In this document: positions 30,490-48,578 of the stretch, in pieces
How positions within the stretch are numbered: position 1 is the first letter of the stretch
Layout of the letters: every line of letters begins with the position of its first letter
Assembly: GCF_009914755.1 (NCBI RefSeq)
Contig: NC_060939.1
Strand: one strand, 5' to 3'
DNA from: the human T2T-CHM13v2.0 reference genome, Homo sapiens
Length of the DNA: 64,000 nt
The notes under the pieces: generated by a model
The model's input: the letters and a program-made list of their open reading frames with translations, nothing else
Told to the model about the DNA's origin: nothing
The model's database searches: none
Position numbers and translations under genes: made by a program

Positions 30490-31795
30490 CAACAGTACCA
30501 TCTTTCATACGTGGCAAGTCCTGACCTCTCTCTTGGGATCTAATTCATGGATCCTGCCACTTACTTGACATCTTGAATGTTTAACAGGCATCTCAAACCT
30601 AATTAGCCCCCAAAAGAACTCCTAAATCCATGTGCAAAGCCCACCTCCTCCCGCTATCCCTCCAGTCTTCCCTGTCTTAGTAAATGGACTGCTGCTTGCT
30701 GCCCTCGATAAAAGATGTGGGTTCCCTAAGCTCAGGGTTCTTCTATAGTGCATCCCTTGCATCTGCCAGTGTCATTTGGCCCTTTTCATGTCTCCCTGTG
30801 GAACTAGGGCTCAAGTATGCACAAACAGGCTGATAGCCTGGCTACTGCCATTGCTGTGAGTAATAAACTGTCCTTCATCTCTGACCCAGGAGTCTTGTGT
30901 CTTCTACCAGCATCCATGAGCTATGACAGCCCAACTTGTTAACTTGTAGGTAGATAAAATCTCAGATATTTCATAATTCTTGACATTTCTCTGTCTCCAC
31001 CATGTCTTCCTTAGTTCCAGTCACCATCATTTCTTTCTTGAACTCACACAACCACCTCTAACTGGTCATCATATTTCCATTCTTGTTCCCTACAATGTAT
31101 TCTCCATACAGCCAGTGATCTTTTTTGTTTGTTTGGGTTTTTTTTTTTTTTTTTGAGACACGGTCTTGCTCTGTTGCCTAGGCTGGAGTGCAATGGCACC
31201 ATCTCGGCTCACTGTAGCCTCAATCTCCTGGGTTCAATCGATCCTCCCACTTCAGCCTCCTCCACACATCACCATGCCCTGCTAATTTTTTTTTTTTTTT
31301 TGGTAGAGACAGGGTTGAGCCATGTTGCCTAGCCTTGTCTCGAACTCCTGGGCTCAAGCAATCTGCCCGCCTCAGCTTCCCAACAGAGCGATCTTTTAAA
31401 GGCAAAACATGATCAGGTTAGCCACCCCTACCCCTCCCAACTCAAAACTCTCCAGTGACCACCTGGCCTTTTGTTAGGTCCCTTAACCTCTCATCTCTGT
31501 GCTCTTCCCCCAGCTCTTTGCTTGCCTGGCTCTTTCATGATCCTGGCCTCAATGTAAAGATCACCTTCTCAGTGAGGCTGTCTTTGACCTCTAAGAAATG
31601 ACCCATCCCATCTCCCTGTTTTACTTTTATCATAGTAGTTATCAGTATCTGAAATTGTATATTTGTGTTTGGTCTAGTTTGTCTCCTGTAAGAGAATAGA
31701 GACCTTGTCCATCTTGTTCACTGATATATTCCCAGTTCCTAGAATAATATCTAGCATATAAATACTTAATAAATATTTATTGAATGAATGGATGA
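30490..31795 (+). mobile_element. L2 remnant, with an LTR fragment (about 30690-30985) and an Alu (31122-31385) inside; ends in the (TGAA)n L2 tail
   Basis: aataaatatttattgaatgaatggatgaa L2 3' end. Confidence 0.65.
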
Positions 31796-31968
31796 AAAAT
31801 GCTGATTCAACTTAGGGAGGATATTAATTGCTCCTAATGTAATTAAATTAAAATTCTCCATGAGTTCTGGAGCACTGTTCAGTTCCACCACAATCAGCCT
31901 TTCTTCCCGGGGAGGCCTCTCTCAGCCAAGTAAACTGAGTCTGGAGGCGGTTCCTGGGCTAAGGATTA

Positions 31969-32118
<150 letters not shown>

Positions 32119-34174
32119 CTACAAATGAAAATTAGCCAGAGTTATGGCCACTTTAAGGAATGTCTATAGACAAGGCACGAGTCCCAGTTATATAACACAG
32201 ACCATTTATTTCCCATTAGCAAATGGTTGACAACACACTTTTCTGAGACTAGCTTTACCTGAGGGCACTTTCCTTAGTCAGAAAGCCCTTAGACGCCTAG
32301 AACTAGGTCTTGGGATGGGAGGCAGGAGGGAAGGCACTCGGCTTCCTCTTTTAGCTTGTTTTCTTCTTTTGCACATTTCTGAATGGAGGCAAACCCTCCT
32401 TACCCTCCCCCGGGCATCTCCCTTCCTTTCATTTTTCCTTCTTTTCTCTCTTCTCTTTATACTTGCCTCCCTAAGCCCAGAGGGCAAGGCAGGCAGGCAG
32501 TGGTGTGTGGTGGGACCTCTCTAGTTGTGACATTAATAAATGGGTTGGCAGTGCCCAAATGGAGCAGCCGAGAGTCCCAGCTTTGTTTTGGTGTATGGGG
32601 CAGCCCTCAGCAAAGCTGGAGAGCCAGGTGCCCCGGGCCATCTGCACCCTCAGCAGCATGCTGGGCTGGGAATCTGCAAACCAGGGGCCCATAAGGGTGC
32701 TGCCATCGACGCGCAGGGTGGCTTAGGCAAGTCACCTCCCTGGGCGTCTGCCTCAACACCTATAAAGTCAATGCTCTCTTCAGGTTGCTAACATGACCCA
32801 GAAGGTCACAGACATGAGGGTTTTTCCATTATCCTATCAAGGCTCTGGGAGTAGTTTGATAAGTTCCTGCAGAGTGGTCATGTTATCAAGCTTAAGTAGT
32901 AGAATGTGGACTCTCAATAGTCAAATAGCTTATATGATCAAACAGCTAAAAAGTAACAGCTTAAAACTGGTGTCTAAGTTGTTGGTTTCAACTTGGAGCA
33001 GAGGGAGGTGTGTAATGAAGCACCATCACACATCTGAGGAAGGCCCGCTGTGGGAGTTCAGCATCCCGAGTGTCTTTACTGAAAATGTGGGCAAAGAAAC
33101 CAGAAAGGCCTTCACATCTTTAGAGGACACTCAATTGGATGCAGTTTAGTGCTCTGAAAGAGACAATATGATCTACAGTAATAGCAGTAATTTTTTAAAA
33201 ACACAGTAGAGTTGAGGAGAGATAAATACAGTGATACCAAGGCACAGGGTTGAAACATCTACACATGGCCAAATACCCAGGAAGAAAATCAGGGTCCCTG
33301 CTAACTACAGCTCATACAGCCCTGGCCTGGCTCCCAGGATCGATATGTGGGCAGCCTGGAGCAAAGGTCCCTTATGTGTCCCAGCTGCAGAAGTCACCTG
33401 ACAGTGTGTGCGTCACTGTCCTGTCTCACCACTGCCTCCTGACGGAGGTGAGACAGGACCCATGGTAAGGTCAGCTGGCCCAGCTCTCTGTCCTTATTCT
33501 CAGGCTGGCCCCAGAAAGACTTGCCCCTCCCATTTGCATACACACTGCAAACTCTTCCATCTACTGCTTGTACCATCCTGGGGAGGGGAAGTGCAAATAC
33601 CACTATGCACTATGGCCAACTTATAGCGGATGCGACTTACAGTCAGGTAGCAAAGCCCTGACCCAGGCACCCTGACTCCTAGTCTAGTGCTTCTCTGAGT
33701 CTCTGTGGCCCTGTCTGCCAATTCTGAGCTTTCAAAGCCTCTGTTTCTTGCACCCTGTGATGGGAGGGAGGATGGTGGCTGGCAGGGGTAGGGTAGGAGA
33801 GTGCCCCACAGGCCTCAAAGTCCTGGTGGCATCACAGCGTTGCCTCAGCTCAGTAGCCATCTGACCTGCCATGCCCTTGTGCGCATCTCTGATGCTCTCA
33901 GATGCTAACTCTCTGCTATTTACTTGAGGAATGACATTTTAAAATGTGGCAGATATGCACCTTGAGTTGCAGCACTCATACAGGAGAACATTCCAGATTA
34001 CTCTATAGACTGCTAACATCAGTGGCAGAACAGAAGGAGGCCCTCACAGCTTAGCCCTGTAGCTGCCCACCAAGCCCCCGAGAGGGGCCTGGAGCCAGTG
34101 CGGTCACTGCAGGAGCTGGGGGTTTAGTGGGGAGTTGAGAACAATTCCTGCAGCCCCTTCTAGGGAAGTGCCTA

Positions 34175-34926
<752 letters not shown>

Positions 34927-35489
34927 TGCCTGCCTCCCAGCAGAGCTGAAATCCTGGCGGCCTCATGGTGGTACCTACAGGGCTCTACACATGCCTGGCT
35001 CGTAGGAAGTGTTCCGTGAGTCTCTACTGAGTGTTTAAAACCTTCGATGCCTCCCACTGCTGTGCAGGCCAAAAACTTAAAGTGCTTCTTGGATACTGAT
35101 GCATACACATCACTGGGCTGCTTGCTAATAGAGTCTGGGGTGGGGCCTGAGCGTCTACACTTCTCACAGGCTCCCAGGGAATGCTGAGGCTGGTCACGGG
35201 GCACACTGGGAGCAGCAGGGGTCTAGGCAGCATCTTGTTGGACATTCTCTGTTGCTGCTTTTCCCGAGCACAGTGCTGCCCAGAGGCTTCCCAGGACCAC
35301 TGACGGGTGCCAGAGGATATTCACGCATACACAGGTTCAAGAAACATCTGCTGTGTGCTGACAGTGTCTGCCAGGCACTCTGCTAATGCATGAGGGTTTG
35401 CAGAAAGATTGTGTCTCAGTTTCTGTTCTCCCAGAACTCAGTTTAATAGGATTGCCAGTAAGAATGAAACCAACATAATTCCCCATCCC

Positions 35490-35896
35490 TGTGTTAAACA
35501 ATTCTGGGACCAGGCCAACTTTCCTGTTACTATGTTAAACCATATTGAGACCAAGTAAAAATAACTTAACTGCTTGCTGCAGAAAATACCTGCTCCTGGG
35601 AGAAAAGACTGTGAATCGATTAGACAACTTACCAAGATTAACAGCTTGCTCATCCAGACTCAAAGACTGTTCGCTTGCTGGGCTCACCAATCCAAAGCTA
35701 AAACGGCCTTGCAAGACCCACCTTAAAATCACCAAGCCTGGACCCTGAAATCCTCTAAGTACCCTTCCCTAATTCCTCCATTTTCAGAACCTACTAAGAT
35801 TCTGCCAAGTGGAGGTTCTCCCTTACTGTGGCAGGTCAGATAACCTTAGCTTTGCTTGGTTGCAAGTATTTCTGATGTTCGCTTGGGGAGTTGACA
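35490..35896 (+). mobile_element. ERV1-type solo LTR (MER31/67/90-like); a related LTR fragment at about 21800-22530
   Basis: TG...ggggagttgaCA ends; shared ttagctttgct motif. Confidence 0.5.
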
Positions 35897-36752
35897 TCAC
35901 CAGTAGACAAGGATCAATGACAACAGCATGAGAAGTGCTGGGATCCAGGTGTGCACACAGGAGGGTCCCAAACCCAGTGTGGTGATATCTGAGTTGGTCT
36001 TCAAGGAAGAGTGAGAGCTGGCCAGGTGAAAGAAGGGAAGGGGAGAGACAAACTCCAGGGGGGCCTATGTCTGCACTAAATGAAAGGTGAGCCCGTTCAC
36101 AGGTGGGGACTCAGTCTGAAGCCAAGAGAGCACTCTGGAAGCTTCTGGGCAGGAGAATGAGAAAAGCAAACGTATGTTTTAGGAAACTCTGGCAGAGGCC
36201 CAAAGAGCCTCTGGATAGCTTACAAGTACAAAGGTCAGCCATAGAGTAAAGGCACACAGGGGTGCCCAGGGAAAGACATGGGGACAGGGCTGGAATTTTA
36301 CTTTTTGTCACTGCCAGTGTGTATGAGGCCTGGGCTCTGGCTGAGCATACCTTCCTGGGATTGGGAGAAAGGCAGTGAGGACTCAGGGTTCGGGGCCCTC
36401 ATAGGCCCAGCTGGCGGCATCACAGAGCCCTGGAGCCAGCTGGGTACTGACAGCAATGGAGGGGACCTGCAAGGGAGAAGCTCTCCCTGCCTTCTGGCTG
36501 CTCCACAGGGCCTGGGTGAGGTGATAAGACCGTGGAGGAAGTGGCTCTTGCAGCATAAGTGTCCACAAGAGAGCCCTTTGCGGATGATTACTGATGGCTG
36601 AGGAAAGAAAAGAGGAATCAGGCCTTATGCACCGCTAGCATGCAATGCAACCACTGACCACACCACACCTTCAATTTCCAGCTGCTGATGGGATCTCTCC
36701 TCCTCACCCTTTGCCCCCTTTCCCTTTTTCTTCCCCTCTCTCTTATATGTTA

Positions 36753-37055
<303 letters not shown>

Positions 37056-39765
37056 TCATTTTTTTTTCTTTTTTTGCAGGGAAGGAACAAATTACAAGGA
37101 GGGGAATCTGCTCCCGCCCTGGTGTTGCACCCACTGGCTGTCCACAGGACCCCCTCCAGCCTTGACTTCCCTCAGGAGGCCTGCATACATCCAACAAGAT
37201 GACTTAAGCTAGCAAAGTAGCTTATGGACACACAAAACCTGAACCGAGGCTGAAATTTGGGTACTCATATTTTGTTGGATGCTCAAATTCCCTCAATCTC
37301 TCCTGGCCCACACCCACTAGTGGCTGTTCCAACTCACTGCTTTCCTAATAACACTTGCAGTAACTTACAGTTTATTTTGAGACACCAGGTCCAAACAATT
37401 TTCTTTAAGCAACTACCCCAGTCTTGCTCTTTAATTTAGGAAATTTTCATACCATACTGTTTGATCAAAGAAATGAATAGTTTTTAAAAGTTAAAAGTAG
37501 ATTTCTAATACTTTTCAATTTTGTGTTTCTGATCTTCATTATAATATAAGTAAAAATAAAGTTTAAAGACCAAACATTTATTCATATAAATGCATTAAAC
37601 AGAACCCCTAACTCATTGTCACTCATTTGTTCTGGAATGCAGAGAATTTGTAAGTTTAATACCATAGTCTCATACCAGCCGCTTGAGTTTCTCTTTTATC
37701 AACCTAGATCCCAGGGATTGAAGAAAGCTGGAGGTTCATGAGTTCAGTAGTACCCAAACTAGGCCATGTATCAGCATCATCCATGAAGCTTTGTGTTAAT
37801 AATAATAAAATTGGCTGGGTGCAGTGGCTCACGCCTATAATCCCAGCACTTTGGGAGGCAAAGGCAAGTGGATTGCTTGAGCTCTGGAGTTCAAGATCAG
37901 CCAGGGCAACACACCAAGACCCCATCACTACAAAAAATACAAAAATTAGCCAGGCATGGTGGCGTGTGCTTGCAGACCCACTACAGGCCTACCAGCTACT
38001 TGGGAGGCTGAGGCAGGAGAATCACTTGAGCCTGGGTGGTGGAGGCTTCAGTGAGCCCAGACTGTGCCACTGTACTCCAGCCTGGGTACTAGAGTGAGAC
38101 CCTGTCTCAAAAAACAAACAAACAAACAAACAAATAATAAGAGTTAACGCTTACTGATATTTACCAGGGACTACACTATGTACATGAATCATCTAATTTA
38201 AGCCTCAGAAAACCTTATGCAGGACAGATTTACTACTTTACTATCCTCATGTGCAGGTGAGAAAAATGAAGCACGCAGAAATTCAAACGCTGTCTAGGAT
38301 CACCAGCTAGAACACAGCGGAGCCAAGATCCAATCCTGCTGTCTGCCTCCAGAGCCACCCTTGACCTACCCTGCCTCCCAGGCCGCGTCCCCGCCGAGGT
38401 AGCCAGCTGTGACTTCCCTTTATCTCCGGCTAAGCTGCTTGTTGGAAAAGAAAGCACTTTCTCACCTACTGGTGCCCCCTTTCATCCCCAACCCTGCCCC
38501 GGGGCAACACAGAGCGAGTCTGATGGGTCTCCACAGAGGGGCTTCAGATGCCTGATGGTCGTGGTAGCCCCCTGAGCCTGCCTTCATCCAGCCTAAATGT
38601 CCTCTGTTGCTTTGGTTTGCCTCAGGCCCAAAGACATCTCATTTTGGCCACTGCACCAGTCAGTGGCCACAGCGCCCCCTGGTGAACAAGTCTGCAAGAT
38701 TCCTGGTTAGGCTCAAATAATAGGTGTAAACAACAGGGGCACAATGGTGACACTGCAAGTCCCAACATCCCTCCAGTCAGCAATTGAACAATTACCCAGC
38801 CACCTGACCTCCCTGCCTCTAACCTCCCCATCCCTCCTGACATCAATTCACTGAAGCCAGAGTAAACTATGGAAGGCTTTAATCTAACTCAGACACTTTT
38901 CTCTTTTAAACAAACCAAAATCTGACTCACCCCTGCAAGGGCTCCCGTCACCTACAGGGTCCAGCCCAGGCACTCAGGGAGCCCTGGGATCTGGCCCCAC
39001 CCACCTCTCGGCTGCCTGCCTCCCACTGTGCTCCCTCACACTCTGTGGCCGCCTGGAGTGGCAGCGGTCCCTCTTCACTGGCAGCAGCAAGTCTGTGACC
39101 AACCCCTCCTGCTCGGAGCTCCCCAGTTCCCCCACTGTCCAACCATTATTGGTTTTCATGAAGGTCCCTGAGGGCCAAGACTGAGCTTTTGGCCCCAGAG
39201 CCACGTGGTATCTGGCAATATGGGTAGTAGGTACTGAGAAGGTTTGCTGAATAAGTGTGAATAAATAAACGATGCGGTGCTTTCACCACTTGCTAAAGAA
39301 AACTTAAAGTGATAAAGGTTGTGTTGTTTTCACTGTAGTGTATTTAAAGTAGAGCAAAGATTTAATATGGTGAAGCATTTTCTTTTTGCATTGGTTAAAA
39401 CAGGACTGTAAAGTGAGATGCATGCAGTGCACAGCTCTGAAGCCCGACAGCTCAGTGAAGCTTTACACACGTTAGCACGCAGACCAGGGCACAGTAACTG
39501 CCTGCACCCCAGGGGGTTCCCTGCTCCACTCCCACCCTCGCCAAGTCAATCAGAGGAGGATTTTCAATATGCCATGCAGTTTTATCTCAACACTACCAAC
39601 AATCACTAGCCCCAACCTTCTCATGTTATTAAAATAATAATAACTAATGAGAAACAATAGGAGCTTCCTCTTAGAGCAAACTACTGGAGCACAGCCATCT
39701 TGTTCAGAGAGACGCCGAAAGCTTCCTCTCCTCTCAGCTCCTCTTTAGTGCTCCTTGGCAGGTCA

Positions 39766-39954
<189 letters not shown>

Positions 39955-40239
39955 TTAATGCAGAGTCACAGAATATGTGTCTACTTTTCCAATCACATGA
40001 ACTTTTCAACATATTCTCTTTAGCAGTATCATATATTGTACCCTTTCCTCCAACTTTTACTTTGAAGATTTTCTTTTCTTTCTTTCTTTTTTTTTTTTTA
40101 AATAGAGACAGGGTCTTGCTCTGTTGGCCAGGTTGGTCTTGAACTCTTGGCCTCGAACTCGTGGCCTCAAGCAATCCTCCTTTGGCCTCCCAAAGTGCTA
40201 GGATTACAGGTGTAAGCCACTGTGCCTGGCCAGTTTGAA

Positions 40240-41390
40240 GATTTTCAAACCTACTGTAAAACTGAAAAAAAAAATAGTATACTGAACACCCAGATCCCTT
40301 CCCTTAGATTCACAGACTTAACATTTTGTCATATCTACAGGAGCAAATTCTGAACCATTTGACTGCAAACTGCAGATATGACATTTTCCTTCTAAACACT
40401 TCCACTTGCAAATTTACATCTCCTAAAAATAAGAACATTCTCCTGTCTATCTACCACATCCTTATCACATTTGAGAAAATCAACAAAACCTCCATAACAC
40501 CATTTAATAAGCCAGCCATATTCAATCTTCCCTGATTGTCGCCAGGATCCAGGGACCAAAGAAGGCTCACATATTGCATTCATTTGTTATGTCTTTTTAA
40601 GATCTTTTAACCTAGAACAGACACTACCTACTGTTTGTTGTTCATGACAGGAAATCTTAGATTGGCTGTTTATAGAATGTCGCATATGGTGGATTTGTCA
40701 GATGGTTTCTTAATGGTTAAAGTACTGTAGAACATTTTGCCAATAAGAGTATCAAGGTGCTACTGTGTACTTCTTTCTTATTGCTTCATGTCACAAGGCT
40801 TGTAATGTCTCTTCCAAGATTGGTAAAGCCAACTTTGATTACTTGGTTAAGGTGGACCACTAGATATCTCCAGGGTAAAGGTAATTTGTTTGTAATCAGT
40901 AATAATCTGTGGTGTGATATTTTGAGACCATAAAAATATCATTTTCTCCAACCACCTTTCATACAAAGGCTTTACATGATTATCCTTGCTTGAATCAGAT
41001 ATTACTTTAGGGGTGCAAAAGGGTGATTTATTTTGATAATGTCTTCCGTATTTATTAGCTGGTGTTTTTCTGTAATGAAAAATCCTCCTTCCCAGTATCA
41101 CTGTACACCCATAAATTTGTTTTTTTTTCTTAATTGTATCATGATCCATTATTATCATTACTACATTTGATGCTCAAATTACCCCAAATTTGGGGCCTCT
41201 TCAAGCCAGCTGTGTTTTTTTTTTTAATATATGTATGACCCCTATTGGTCCTTGAACGTTCCTTTACTTTCTAGAACAAGAAAATATCCTAGCCTCACTT
41301 TATTCTTTTCCTCCCAAAGACCTAACCTCAGCCTTACCCTAAGGTGCCCTGCTTTCTTTTTGTAGGGAACAATATTTAAAATGGGGTCAC
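40240..41390 (-). mobile_element. Old L1MC/ME fragments; a similar block at about 54090-55010
   Basis: Degenerate L1M 3' motifs (cttggttaaggtgg, gatgctcaaattacccc). Confidence 0.55.
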
Positions 41391-41509
41391 TTTTTTCTGA
41401 GGCACTGGGAAAGCCAAGGGTCCCTTCTGCTTTTCCAGCTGCTTGGGAGGTACACAGGTGTATTCTTGGGTAGTTTCTTATCAGTAATTAGCTTTGGCAA
41501 ACTTGTTTA

Positions 41510-41858
<349 letters not shown>

Positions 41859-43134
41859 TTAGGCTATGGTAAGGGGACAAGCATGCTGTGGACTATGGTC
41901 CTCCCTGACCCCTGAGCTGGGATACATCCTCCCCATCCTGAGTAATTTCTCTGTTGAGATACTTATTACTTAGGGTTATTCGCATTGCTATGAGAAGCAG
42001 GAAGGTTTTGCAGGGTGATGCATCCAGTGTCGAATCTCTGCTTTAGTACCTAACTAATGTTGTGATCTTGGTTACGTATTCATCTTTGAATTCCAGTATG
42101 ACACCTGGCCCAGTGCCTTGCACACATGAGATCATAGTAAGTGTACAATACCTGAATGAAAGCTTCTTGGGGATATGGCTCCTAAATAAGAAATACTTGT
42201 ATATATAACCAATTGACACATTTTTGGGGGAAAGGGGATTGTGGCAATACCATTTGGGTTTTAGCTTTCAAGTTTGGAAACAACTGAGAGGGAGACCCAG
42301 GAGCCAGGTAAATTGAGATAAAAAATATCCCCATTATTACCTACAATGACTTTTAGAGAATGTGGCATCGGTGTGGGTCTATTACAGATAACAGAGTCAC
42401 AGGGATGTCACACAGTCATGGTTGGGAAACATTATGTCAGACTTACCACTAGAAACTCAAATGAATCACAGCTGCTCTTAGCAGTTTTGGGAAAGGTCTG
42501 GGAAGGGGAGATGGTACTTTTACCTGCGATAAGGAGTCAGTATTAGTTTCGTCTTTGACGCTCTCTCATCCACTAGACCGCCACATTTTGAAAAATGCCT
42601 TCACAAATGTTCATGCCTTGAACTTCCTCTGTTTGGCCCTCGTAACAGCCAGTGAGGCAGCCAGGAAAGGTGCTAGCACCTCCCACATGCCAGGGTGGGG
42701 AAACAGAGATGACAAAGATCAGGGCGCCAGCCATCCCTCCACTCTGAATTCTGTTCTGCACCACGCTGAGTCACCAGAAAGCTATCTATCCGGGCCTGGT
42801 AAGGCTGCTCTCTTCCTTCCGTCCCGCTACCCCCATGGGAATTCTTCTGCTGCATTCCATTTAGTGAGGGTAAAATTAAGAAACAGCCACAGCATCATTT
42901 CCTAAACTACTGTTGAAGACATTGTTCACTGTTATCATATTCACTACACATTGCAGAAGGGCCTACCCAATATATTCTTTCTGTAATTTAGAACTGCATA
43001 TCTAATATTTCAATATTGGACATTGACAGATTATGTAACACATCCAGCTCTATGCATCTGCTAAAATTCATGTCCAACTAGAAACATATTACCCTAGGAT
43101 ATAAAAAAATGTGGAGAACTTACGATTCCTACTG

Positions 43135-43790
43135 AGTAGTGAAGAACTGACACTGCAGCAGAGGTCTGGCTTTTGCCCTCAGCTACTTGGAAGTGATCTC
43201 TGGGCCCCTGGAATGTCCTGCCTGGTAAGAGTGGCTTGGTTTGCTTGGGGGCTCTGGCCACCAGTTTAATAATGTGATTTATGATGGGGGCTTTTGGATG
43301 CATCATATCAGGTCTGATCTCCAGAGGAACTTGAGACTAAAGGTATCTGCCCGAACTTCTAGAGACTGAAGACTTTATAAAGGTAAACCACACAGGCAGT
43401 GTGTGGTCAAGCCCCCAATAAAACCTCTGGACACCTAAGGCTCAGAGGAGCTTCCCCAGCTGGCAATACTCTGCATGTATTACCATACACCGTGGCCAAG
43501 AGGAAACAACGCCGTCAGTGACCACACCAGGGAGACGATGACTCGCAGCTCCATGTCTGGATGCCTCCTGGCTTCTGCCCCAGGGGTCTCCTCCTTTGGT
43601 TGGTTCTAATTTGTACCCTTACACTGTAATAAAACTGTGGTAGTAAGTACAGCACTTTCATGAGTTTGGCGAGTTGTTTTAGTGAATTCCTGGGGTTGTG
43701 GGGACCCTCAAATTTGCAGCCAGTATCTGAAGCAAGGGGCAGTCTTGGAACTGTGCCTTCTAACTGGAGTTGGCTAAACTCCTTTGCACC
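43135..43790 (+). mobile_element. Solo LTR, MER21/MER77-like
   Basis: LTR-type motifs with aataaaa and aaatttgcagccag near the end. Confidence 0.55.
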
Positions 43791-43995
43791 AACCTTATAA
43801 TTGTGGCCTATTTCTCTCTTGCTTGCTTTCTCTAATAGATGTGTTACACATGTAGTACAAATATATATATATTTACATATATATCTTTTATTATAGCACC
43901 TCTTATCCTTTTAGGAAGTAGATGGTAATAAATTTTATATAAATACTGGCATCCATCTATAAAGTGGAGACACAATCCACTTTTGAGCTATTTTA

Positions 43996-44382
<387 letters not shown>

Positions 44383-44542
44383 CTATGTCCCCAAAGCAGC
44401 CACCCTAAGGGAAGGGACACTGGAGAAGATGGTTGGTGTGACTGGCTGGAGAGGGCTCCAAAGCATTTGCCTGGGGACTCGGGCTTTTCCTCTTTAAAAT
44501 AAAATTCTTTCTTCCTGATTATAAGAAGAAAAATCCCCATAG

Positions 44543-46535
<1,993 letters not shown>

Positions 46536-48536
46536 ACAAAAATCTTAATGTTTAAATTTTAGAAAATAAAATCACCAGATGCCTACTGAATTACATTATA
46601 GTTTCAAAAGGAAGTGGTACGGGGTAAAGATGGGCTCAAGACTTATGAGGGGACTCTTATAATCAACTTGATGTCACATATTCGAAAAGTTAAAAAGCTC
46701 AACTAGCAAAAGCAAAAAAAAAAAAACCTTTCATGTTTTACTTCCTCCTTAATGTCATACTCCCTTTGTTCCTCTGCCTATCAGGGCCCCTTTTCTTTGG
46801 AAGGTATGCCCAAATCTCCTTTCAGATATATACTTTTCCTTATTTACTCTGATTTCCATTTTCAAAATATACTCTGGAATGACTTTTTATATTTGTATTT
46901 TAAGTCTGTTTACTTGTGAATCTGCAAGAGCCTGTGTCCACTATGAGCCCTAAACCATCCCAGGGAAGGTATGAATGGGTCAGGGGAGGGGAGGGTGATC
47001 TTGGGTTGTGCTCACGGATAATGAGAACTGGTAAAATGGAAACATTAAGAACTAAGCACAACAGTCCCTGGCTTCTGGCTTCACAGAGGAAGAATGAGAA
47101 CCACCGTGGCACACATGGCTGGCCTGTGTGCGGTTGCACATCTTGGTGGTGGTAGAACCAGGACCAGGGTCCACGTCTCCCATGGGAATAAAACCTCAGG
47201 CTCAGATGTGTTGGAAACATGGCTCTGTTGTTTGCATATCTGCATGCAGGAGGATAGGGGTGACTCAGCCAGCCAGCAGCCAGGGATGGGCGCACTTAGT
47301 TCTTAATGCTTCCAATGTACATTCAAGTGCTGGTCTTCTTTTCTGTTATAATTACATGTGTTTTTGTGGGGAAACACAGGCCCCAATACTGTCTGCCCAA
47401 ATACTATTGTCGATAGCAGCCTGGTAGGCTTTCAGAGGCCAAGAATAATCTACTGCTCTCCAGAGAACGAGCTGAGGTAGCCACTCTCAGCACAGGGTAT
47501 CCCAGGCCCCTTTCCTCACAAGTAATGGCTATATTCCCTGCCACGGGCCACAAGTGGCACCCTCGGCTCCCCAGAAATCAGTCTGTGCTCTATGCCAGGA
47601 TAAGGTGGAAACAGAAGCAACTACACCCCTGCATAGTCCAGAAGGTGCTGAGAGAGATGAAGGCTTCCAAGGAGCTAGGCGCTGTATAGCAAAGCCCTGT
47701 GCAGATTGCTGTCATTTTTATTCCTCAGGGGACTGACCATTAGGGACTCGACTCTACAAAATGGTTTCGGCCCCTCACTTGACCAGGTCATGTACCGGCT
47801 GCTTCCCATGACACTGACTAAACACATTCAACAATGCAGAATATGGCTGCTGTTCACTATGAGACAGAGACAGGTCTCATGTTTTTCATAGCATAAAGGA
47901 AGGCTTTCTAAATAAATATAGGAATTCTTATTTAATACACAATACTCTTTATTGTAAATGCCAATGCAATGCATGTGTTCCAGCATACCTGCACATAGGT
48001 TTTGGTCTTATTTTCATTAAGAGCTAAAATTTAAATCTAAGTTGAGCTGTGCATGCCCAAGCCAGACTTGCAAGGGGATCAGACTGCATCACAGGGTAGC
48101 TCTGCCCAGTCCCACTGCAGCCTCATCTTCCCCACCCTCCACGTGTTCATTCCCACAGGGCTATGGAGTCTGGTCAAAGAGAGGGGAGAGAGAATGGAGA
48201 ATTTTGGTGCCTCTTATCACTCAGAAGACAAATAGTACATGCAGTTGCACATGTGGATGCAAGTTTTCCATGCTTTGCCCATTTCCATGTTGGTATTGGC
48301 AGCCCCTATGGTGGCTCTAATTGTCCTCTTGGGGCGAGAGGGGAATAAATGCTGCAATGGGCTGGCTGAGCTGTTCAAACACGGATAGGCCTTCTTGGGG
48401 TTTCCATCCGTAGAGGCAACTGCTTGCAGGGATACATGGAGAGAAATCAGGACAGGGCCGGGCAGCTGGACCAGAGCACCTTTAAGTAGGCTGGGATTCT
48501 GAAGCCTCTATAACGTGGCTGGGAACAATGCCTCAC

Positions 48537-48578
48537 CTTGTTTGTGGTGAAGGAATCCCACACGATCACCTTCCCATC
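48537..48578 (-). CDS. GNB5: GNB5 exon 5 (42 nt): DGKVIVWDSFTTNK
   Basis: ctccag|GAT ... AAG|gtgagg; in frame with neighbours. Confidence 0.95.
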